Source: Dimargaris cristalligena | Taxonomy: Eukaryota | Direction: 5' to 3' | DNA: 58,993 nucleotides | Assembly: GCA_003614675.1 (NCBI GenBank) | Contig: ML002249.1 | Location: 1 to 58,993 of the forward strand | In this document: piece after piece, positions 50,284 to 58,993 of the stretch | Numbering within the stretch: position 1 is the first letter of the stretch | How the letters are laid out: every line of letters starts with the position of its first letter | The notes under the pieces: model-generated | Databases searched by the model: none | The model's input: the letters and a program-made list of their open reading frames with translations, nothing else | What the model was told of the DNA's origin: nothing | Translations under genes and position numbers: made by a program

Positions 50284-51336
50284 TTAGAAGAGCAGACGGT
50301 ACGGATAAGCCGGGTTCTTGATGCGGAGGAATGCCATCATGGCGCTGTAGGCCGCCATGAAGAGGGCCATAACCACAACGGCGGTGACGCTCTGGCGAAT
50401 CTGATTATCAATCTTGGGGATGCGGTGGACCAGGGCCACGATACAGGCACCACAGAGAGCGTATACGGACGCCACAATCTGGGTCTCAATGCCCCACTGG
50501 TGCTGGAATTGACCGGCAATAAACTCGGGCTGGCCCGAGCGACCGGCAATCATATACGGAATACCCTTGATACGGACGAACATGAAGCCCGAGCACATCA
50601 TGAGGGTTACCACGATCACCACCGACGATCCCAGTCCCTTGAATGAGAAACTCCGCCACGACAAGCGCGGCAGAAGGATGACAGCCACTGTGATGACGAA
50701 GCTTACAACCAGCCCAATGATAGAGAGGCGCCGCCAGTTGATGGGTCGGTACGTCTTGAAGGTGTAGCCGAGCTTCTGGTTCATAAACTTAACCAGGGAT
50801 TCAGCCTGGAGTCCGACCTTGTTCAAATCGACGGATTGGGGCTTGTTGGCGTTGCCCTTAGCCTGGCTGCCCGAGTTGGGGGGGAAATGGTAAGGTACCG
50901 GCACGGACTGAACGCCCAACCGTTCAAACGCCGAACGGGTGTTTTCCACTGTGGCCACCATAAAGAAGAGGCGATCCTTTTCGGCCGCGGGGGCCAGACG
51001 ACGCCAGCTATCGGCCACCACCTGGTATTCGGGCGCGAACGCTTCACAGGGGTTGCAGGGGAAGCTGCCCCCGTACGCGGTGAACAGAACCATCACGGGG
51101 AACGTGCGGTCTTTGGACATGACGATGCTGTCGAACATGGCATTGTCCAGGGAGATGGGCTTACGGCCTTGGTCGGCCTGGTCACGCAGTGTCAGGACCC
51201 GTTGGAGGAGTTTGGCGCTGGCCGGGGATTCCGCCACAGCTGTGGCGCTACTACTGTAATGGACGGGGGAGCAGTTTAGACATATAGCCAGAAGGAAGAA
51301 GGCCACCAAGAGGGGCCACTTGGTCAGCGACAGCAT
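50284..51336 (-). CDS. Oligosaccharyltransferase subunit OST3/OST6 (MagT1/TUSC3 family), single exon
   Basis: Signal peptide, thioredoxin-like domain with CxxC ('VLFTA...CNPC..F.PEY..VA.SW'), four TM helices, 'SGFMFVRIKG.PY', 'QFQHQWGIETQI', C-terminal 'K.PAYPYRLLF'. Confidence 0.92.
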   Translation of the reverse strand: MLSLTKWPLLVAFFLLAICLNCSPVHYSSSATAVAESPASAKLLQRVLTLRDQADQGRKPISLDNAMFDSIVMSKDRTFPVMVLFTAYGGSFPCNPCEAFAPEYQVVADSWRRLAPAAEKDRLFFMVATVENTRSAFERLGVQSVPVPYHFPPNSGSQAKGNANKPQSVDLNKVGLQAESLVKFMNQKLGYTFKTYRPINWRRLSIIGLVVSFVITVAVILLPRLSWRSFSFKGLGSSVVIVVTLMMCSGFMFVRIKGIPYMIAGRSGQPEFIAGQFQHQWGIETQIVASVYALCGACIVALVHRIPKIDNQIRQSVTAVVVMALFMAAYSAMMAFLRIKNPAYPYRLLF

Positions 51337-51759
51337 AGTTAGAATGGACGGAAGAAGCGAAGGGGGGAGATGAAGTCTAGCCGTGATTCAACAAAGCGGG
51401 CAGACAGTACTTATAGAAGTCCCTGAAGGGTAAAGGAGATGGGCAATGTGCAATGTCCATAGACATGGGATGAACAAGAACCTGAGCGAGTTTTAACCCA
51501 GCGAAATCAAAATGTAATTGATGCAACCATGGGAAACTGGGCGGGACGTTTATTTCTAACCGGTAAAACAGTACCAATCGGAATTTACGTAAGGCTGCAT
51601 GAATGAACCTTTCTGATATTTAACCTGGCATTCTGATGGACAAGCATCGTTTGGCTGGGCGCTATGGGAGTCAATATAGGTTAGGCCTGGGATTCCATTA
51701 GGCAATACTCCCCCCAATGACTGTATAAGCTATACATAGTTACAAGAAATCTATCCAGT

Positions 51760-53208
51760 GCACCCCGCCTAATTAGGTACAGCTATTCAATCTACAGGCA
51801 TCATCTAATAGCATTACTGAGGCACTACTACCCCTTCATCAGCCGTGTATTACTCTTGATAGTGCAGAATGGGCAATTGATTTTAGCACCAGTCAATTTT
51901 GTGTTCTGCTTACCAGCCCTGAAATTAGCAATATTGTTGTGAACTAGGCACTGTTGCAGAGATCAGTAAGGTATCCTCAATTGCCACCTCTGAATTAGTA
52001 GGAGGAAGTGTCCTGCTGAGATGAGATCCTGCTTATTACCCAGGTTAACCACTCTTAGTCCATCAAGAGTCCCAAGGATAGGCTTCTAATGGTGGATAGG
52101 GCTTAGTCTTGGCCAAGTGGGTCTTAGTATTAGGATAAGGCACAGTACTAACTAATAAAGGTTACTAGATGCATACACACATAAGGGTTATACAGCAGGC
52201 ACACTTACTAGTTAGTATAAAGGGAGTGAGTGTATATATCATTTATTGGGATAAACTAGGGGGGATGGGAATAAACTGAGGAATTAAACTAGTCCCAGTG
52301 GGGGCCATTTATATAAATGCAGGGACAACTCCAGAGGGAGGTCCTAAGGGGAGGATATTACTAAGATTAAGGAATAGGTAAATAGGCTAACTAGATAGTT
52401 ATTAGTTTCCAGAAGACTCTAATACTAGCCAGAATAGGCTAATGCATCAGCACTGGGTGTGAGTAGTGTAAATAAGTGGTATCTGGGTGGGGGGAGGTTA
52501 TATGATAAATAATAATCCCATAGTATCAGGTGTAACTATGGGAATGATACTATGGTACTATAAGGCCTAATATAGTCAGATATCTAAGCTAGACAGATTA
52601 AGGTAGATTAGATAGCCCAATAAAGAGAAACTAATTTAATAACTATAATTATGGTATATTCAATGGTAAGGATACACCTTGGGGGATGTATGGGTGTGGG
52701 ATATACAGTAACATAGCTACTAAGGCAGTAGCTGGGCAACATAATATACTACTATTGCCCAGTTTAGTCATTAGTACCAGCAAATGATTATATTAGTAAT
52801 AGACATAGCATATAGCCAGGTTCAATATAGTATTGAATATTAGGTAGTCAAAAATGCTGTTCTCAAAGCTGGCATTGAAATATAATCAATAGTATGGGTG
52901 TTTAAACTTAGGGTTAATTATGGGACTATGGTAATAGTCCTGAATTGGGAGCCAATTATTACAGTTATTGTATATACACATATTTATAAACCCATATTGT
53001 GCTATTTGGAGAGTATCAGAGGAAAACTGGCAAATGAAATTGTACTACCGGGGACATCTGGCCTGTTACTGGTGGCCTTGTGGATTTATGAGGAGGCAGC
53101 AGCCTCCTTATCAGCACGGCCTAAAGTCACGGTGGCCACCTCCCTGGTAGCAGAAGGCGGGAGGTTCGTGGAGTTGGATGAGACAGGGGAAGAGTTGGGT
53201 GTTATCAT
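51760..53208 (-). pseudogene. Decayed gene of unknown family interrupted by a mutated LTR
   Basis: Minus-strand reading from ATG 53208 (MITPNSSPVSSNSTNLPPSATREVATVTLGRADKEAAASS*...) and, past the LTR, 'AGSHLSRTLPPTNSEVAIEDTLLISATVPSSQQYC*FQGW*AEHKIDWC*NQLPILHYQE*...'. The stops are TAA/TAG/TGA explicable by C-to-T changes. Boundaries approximate. Confidence 0.4.
52034..52612 (-). mobile_element. Degenerate, hypermutated LTR homologous to the solo LTR at 57352-57916, in opposite orientation
   Basis: Its reverse complement shares colinear blocks with the intact LTR: 'accattagaagcctatcc', 'gactcttgaYggactaagagtggttaac', 'tactRactagtaagtgtgc', 'cccaataaa', 'ggcccccaYtgggac', 'ccttaatctgtc'. The terminal TGTCACCC reads TATTACCC at 52034. 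Right end approximate. Confidence 0.8.
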
Positions 53209-56200
53209 GGTGGAGTTTTTTTTTGGGGGGGTGTAGGAGTGATAAAACAAATGGAGGACGTGGGTATGAGCGAGGTGTGTAAAGGTTTATTGAAAATTTA
53301 ATAGAAACAGTAGTACTAATAAAAAAATAGATTAATAAAAAAGTCGTGGCAGGATTCAAGGAAATGTAATGAAATTAAATAAAACAAGTCGGTGATGATT
53401 ATCCTTCAAAATGAGCAAGAATTCCCTGGTTATTTATGTAACCATTTGGTGGGCCTTAGAGCCCACTGGATAAAAAAAGGACACAGAAAATAACTAGCGA
53501 ATGTAATAATGTGGAATAAAAGAGAACCACTGAGAAATAAGTCAGACTTTTGAATGTAAACTACGAGTGTAAGAATGAATAATATGTTTTGTATTTTAGT
53601 ATATGGCCACAGTATAGGCGGCAAATTCAACAGGAGAACAGCGGGAATGATACAACTGTTGTATATCACGGCATTTTCCGCCCTCTGATAATGTGGACTG
53701 GCCATTCATAGTCCGGGGTTTAGTACCGACCTCTGGATGGTACTACAAAATAGATGAAAGAGGATACATAGTTGATGGAAAAAATATAATAGGCTGGACC
53801 TAGGCACAGCCTGGGGAGTGTAGGTGTGGGGTAAGTGGCGAGGGTGGGGGTGGGATAATCCCCAAATAAAGAACAAGGCAACATTGAGATGGCTAGTGGC
53901 CGATAGGGCCTTCCAGCCTAAATTGTTTTATGTTTTTCATGCAGGGCAATGCAATTTTAATTGCTAAGGAACAACATGCCATTATTAGCAGCTACTGTAT
54001 TCCTTATTATTGGAGGGCGGACCTAGAAATCCTACCTTAAGGGCCTGCTCTAAAGTTCACAGTCCACATTAGGCTATATAAATGACACACATCAGATAAT
54101 TACCCCTGTCGATTTGTCCAAATAAAAAACTGCATAAACTCTCAGTTTCCCAAAAAAGGAATAATTACCCTTGTAGCTTTTATATAACCCTATTTGGATG
54201 AATGGTCAATGCACAGAACTATTTGAACTCAGTAACCAGTCTTGGAGAGGTAGCTCGTGGAAAGGCAACAGGCCTATCCACATGGGTAATATTCCAATTC
54301 GGCCAAATCATATTGTTGGTGCTCCATTATTTAACCCAAGAGTCCATTTACAATGGTTGCACATACAGGTATCGTAAGTGGAAACCTAGTTAATGGTACG
54401 CAATCCAACAGTGACAATAATTCCTACATATGCAAAAGCCTGACCAGACTTAGATGGGAGTGACACCTTAGAATACACTGCCTCGCCCACACGACGAATT
54501 ACGGCTGGGTATTGACAAATCTGTCACCAAGTCACACAGCACAAAGGGCTATACAATCAAGTTCATTTTTCAGATGAGGCCTGTCAACTGGAAAGCCCTC
54601 TATTTGAATGAAATCCAGTACTGATGATTATATCAGATAATATTATCATTGACCATTTTGTGAAGAGAATTTCATTAAATTATCGGATCTTCAAATGACT
54701 GCGGTATAGAAGCATGTGAAACAGACCTAAGCAATACCCATCCCTTCTCAGAAAGGCATAATGGCTTAGGCCTCACATTGGACAATCGACCAGGAAAAAA
54801 AAGGGATTGGTTGAATATAGAAGCATTCATCAATAGCAATGTGACCGATAAGATTTAAGCAAGTACATTCGGATTCAATAGACCACCAAGCAATCTATTT
54901 CCTAGGCCAATAGTAGGGCAAAATCCGAAAATAAGATTCCAAGTAGGCCTGATGGTCAAACAAAACCCCTGTATTGGGCTAGGCCACACGGGACATGGTA
55001 GTAGCAGTACTTCATTTATTCCTATTACCGACACCTCTTTATTTTACAAAGAAATTATCCATGTAATGAATTTTCAGCTTGGCCTAATTAGGCCAATTTT
55101 TGGACAGCCGAGGGGACGAATGTGCTGAATATGAGGGATTTGGTTGTGTCCACCCACATACAGCGTAACAATGGCCCCCCCAGACATACTATTATTCAAC
55201 ATTCAATGTACTAATCCAGCGGGGGGGGGGTCTTAATTTCCATTAGTCAACAATGGTGACAAGTAGGTGTGAAGGTTCAGAAAGGTCACAAGTGGACCAT
55301 CAAACATAATATGTTTCTGTTTTTTTTTTAATAATTCGGGAGTATAGCCCATCTGTGGGGGATTACGCGTGTTGGATTATAAATACCCACCAGTTGGCCC
55401 CACTGGCTTAAAATCAAAAATCGTCTTGATATTATTACTAGTATGTCAAAAGTTACAAGATCGATTTTCTATAAGATAAAAAAGTGGCTGCGGGTCTTTC
55501 GGGATTACCCGACTCACGGCCCCCGCTACAAGGGAGATGAGGACTATTCAGTGAATGGTCCTCGTAACTGGTAAGTGATGATTTATATATTTATTATTAT
55601 TTTTTGTCTATTGATCGTTTCTGAGATGGTGAGGATGGTGCCCGCTTTTATAGAGCGACTGCAATAAATACTGTGTTTATGTCTGTCTCCATTACGATGT
55701 AAATATATTTCTACTGCATCTATGTGGCACCATTTTTCTTCCCATAAAGGACTGGGATGATGGATATGGCATTGCCGCGACTTTTTGATGGAACACCACC
55801 ACAATGGCTCAGTTGATTTTCCACTACTGAATTATTTCCTTAATCACGTACTAGAAAATATGTAGCAGTGCCACTTTATCTTCAATTGTCTAACCAATGC
55901 ATTTTTATATATACCTCCCCTAACATCATCTAGAAAACTCTTGGCGCTACAGCGTAACAAACAGGTTTCATAATTTCAGGATAGGCGCATTACATCCCGG
56001 GTTCTGGACTTATTTCTCAATTTGTTCTCTCCATCCGCTCCAACGACCACTAACCCCCAGCGAACCACCAATTTCTTAAGCTGGTACAAACCGTTAAGCA
56101 GGCTATACAAAAACTGCACATTCCAACGCGCCTCTTACCATAGTAGCTCTAGTTATTTTACTTTACGCCATATTCCCCGCCGCGTCCAAAACAACTTTAC

Positions 56201-57351
56201 GATGTTACAAACCAATCCGGGGCTATTGTCCTTCCTGTGTCGCTCCTTAAAATTGGCACTGTAAACATTTTTCCCGCTTTTCCGAGGATCAACATACCTT
56301 CCAAAAATACTCCTTTTTACCGCACTCTTTTTATTAACAGTATATCAACAAAGCGTTTTCGCACTAATCCCCTTTTAGTTACATCTTTATTGCACAACCC
56401 TTATATACAATTTTTTGTTGGCAGTTTCGAGCCAATTTGATGAATCAAAATAAATTTAATACATCATATAAGTACGTTCATATGACTTATAAATAGTTCC
56501 CGGCTGGACCAGAACTCATTCATTTAGGACAGCCGCAGGTGGCATATGTAAATTAGTTTTCTCAGCAAAAGTAAATATGTATCCAAAATAGCAGTGGGCC
56601 CAGAAAGACTCCTTTGTCGTGCTTAATAATCCATAGGATTAAAGCCAACTTACTATGAAGGACTAGGTGCCACCATCACCCTGTTCCATTGACGAGGCGC
56701 GGGAATTTGACCTTGTTGAGTGATCACCTTCCTTCAACCATTCTCGCCACTCGATTCAACTATATTATATATCCCCTTCATTATATATCCATATATTATA
56801 AGTTATTGATTATATACCTATCTAGTAGCGTCTTCCAGCATATTCTACGCTGATTTGAAACCTTTGTCATTAGCCTTCTCAGTTATATAAAGCCGAGCCA
56901 ATTATTATAGTTATTATTTTGTTAATTACCACTTAATCTATACCCCCTTTTATAGTTAACTCTATCTATTTTCTATCACTATTATACTTATCTATAAAGC
57001 ACCCCTCTCATCAACAACCTGTGGGATATCTCATGTAAACTCGTCCGAGGCGTAGACACTTAATCGTCCCTTGGATTATTGCCTATGACACCCTTCACTG
57101 TAATTTTGGATCTACATTCCACCAATAGGGCCGGGTTTTGGGATTGGCTTGATTAGATAGTTGGTACTTATGGCACTGTCAGTCACCAGGAAACAAGAAT
57201 AAATCAGATGTTGACTGCGAATAATCCTTGTGCAAGGGTGTTTATATGTCTGAGGGAACCTCACCTTGTTAATGTCAAATTGTGTTTATGGTAGTTCTTG
57301 CCAGACATATTTACAAATGCAAGGCAGAGGGATCAATTTTCTTGAAAGACA

Positions 57352-57916
57352 TGTCACCCTCCTTAATCTGTCCTAATCCATCCGCTATGATTGTCGTCCT
57401 AGCAGGCCGTATAGTGCCATATTGGACCCCGGCCCTAATGAGGCTGGGCATCATACATATCCCCTTACTGGCCGGACCCCCCGGAGTTCGCACTAATCAC
57501 TCCTAGGTGATCTTAGTGCCTTCCAATTCCCATGGAAGCCTCCGCTTGTACGAGGACCGCCCGGCCCTCCTTATTGTTAACCTTACTATGTAGTTTCCCC
57601 TCGGGACCTCCCCTTTGGAGTAGTCCCCCATGTATATATAGCCGGGCCCCCATTGGGACCGGTTGACACTTCAGCTTATTCTTACCCCCTCAGCTTACCC
57701 CAATAAACTCTATATACGCTCACCCCCTCATACTGACTAGTAAGTGTGCATCGGTGCACGTCCCCTGCATACATAGTGACACTTGCTTTATTTAGTTAGT
57801 CTGACCCACCGTACCTGACGCTAGTAGCCCGCTTGGCTGTGCCCAACACCCTGCCTACCATTAGAAGCCTATCCCAGAGACTCTTGACGGACTAAGAGTG
57901 GTTAACTCGGGTGACA
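57352..57916 (+). mobile_element. Solo LTR (565 bp) of an LTR retrotransposon
   Basis: Begins TGTCACCC and ends GGGTGACA (perfect 8-bp inverted termini, TG...CA), flanked by a 5-bp direct repeat AGACA (57347-57351 and 57917-57921). Internal TATA-like 'tatatata' at ~57633 and AATAAA at ~57702. Confidence 0.9.
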
Positions 57917-58993
57917 AGACATAAGCAGATAAGAGTTGCCAAAAGGGTAAGTCGCATGTACGAATGTCGAATACTAAAGCAAATTGATGAAGGCAAGCGA
58001 CTAAACACTTTCTAGTAAACATTACAAGGATATCATGTTTATACTGACAGAGATAATGCTTGGAGATGGGCGGAATGTTATGGAGAGCAATCAAACTGAC
58101 ATATTAGTAACCAAATACTAATACATAGCACAACCACCCCAAGTGATTACTAATGGCGGGGTGTAACTTTGTTAGCATTGATCGGACTGCCTGGCTCGAT
58201 TACTTTTGCTGTTAGTTTTTCTAGAATCCGGATTGGGAGACCGGATATGCCCATATTGGAATAGTAAAAAAGCAGTATGTAGGCTTGGAATTGGACGCAA
58301 TTATAAATCTACGGTGAAGGTAGCCAGTGGAGAGCCAATCCTTACAATTTACGATGGTTGCTAGATTTTGATTACCACCAATTTGGCCTAGATAGTTTAG
58401 CTGGATTGCCTTCTCTTAGGAACACAACCCACTTCAAGGCCTATACAAATCACGTATCAATATTATATGTCCTATAGACTACTTCAATTACACTGTATAG
58501 AAATACTTTGTCTTTTGGATATTGCAATAACATTATTTCAATAGTGATTGGTGTTTGAAATTCTTCGATTTAGCGACCAGACCCAATAAGATGATCTGTG
58601 TAAGGGATTATTACCTACTATCACCCAGTAGTTTATCAGATTCAAAATAAGAATTACATTGTCTGATGCTTTGCAATCTTGTCTGTCGGTATGATGGCAA
58701 GAACTGGTTAAGTAGTTATCGCAAATGTAAACCCTGTTTATCGCACGAAGTTCGATTGACAAACATCCCAAAATATAACAGATCTAGTATTCGAGGTGGT
58801 GTAGGTTTTCTCATAATAGATTATACTGCCTATACCAATTACGACATAGAGTTGGCTTGGTTGGCACCAAGCCCTATTGCAAAAAAAATTATCCGAATGG
58901 GTTTATCTTTAGACAGGCACTGGCATCTCACATTCCAACTATTGAATGGAGTTTGGCGCTAATGGCTAAATCTCAGAAAAACATCAGCGGGTA

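Noticed and set aside
55800..56450. Minus-strand 'VVLDAAGNMA' resembling a hAT transposase D-motif
   Set aside because: A single short motif amid many stops with no other hAT motifs or TIRs.
52034..57916. The two LTRs as the ends of one full-length retrotransposon
   Set aside because: They are in opposite orientation, the right one has its own TSD on both sides, and no gag/pol is visible between them.
1..58993. tRNA, rRNA, CRISPR arrays or prokaryotic operons
   Set aside because: None seen; the window is intron-containing eukaryotic DNA with no repeat-spacer array or tRNA cloverleaf that I could identify.

Overview
Eukaryotic genomic DNA from a fungus. It has GT-AG introns with CTAAC/CTGAC branch sites, GC-rich exons and compact gene spacing; the style suggests an early-diverging, Zoopagomycota/Dimargaritales-like lineage, which is inference only. 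I reconstructed 14 protein-coding genes by hand: a Sec2-type Rab GEF, primase large subunit PRI2, a STEEP1/CXorf56 homolog, a UFD4/TRIP12 HECT E3, a penta-EF-hand peflin/ALG-2 protein, a large orphan membrane protein, AIM41/YqeY, a secreted GH37 trehalase, a DM9 lectin, an ACC-synthase-like PLP enzyme, an orphan beta-trefoil-like protein, RPS7, TIP41 and OST3/6. Non-coding structure read directly from the sequence includes three copies of a 144-bp MITE-like element, an intact 565-bp solo LTR with a 5-bp TSD, and a second inverted, heavily C-to-T mutated copy of that LTR. Two CpG-free zones (1-765 and 51846-53048) contain stop-riddled gene relics, suggesting methylation-driven or RIP-like repeat mutagenesis. 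The best candidates for new biology are the orphan membrane protein (acidic AIM/LIR motif, degenerate septin-like domain, TM helix, filamin-like domain; a possible organelle-phagy receptor), the RIP-like zones, and a co-oriented trehalase/lectin/ACS-like/beta-trefoil block. No database searches were run; all family calls come from motif recognition.
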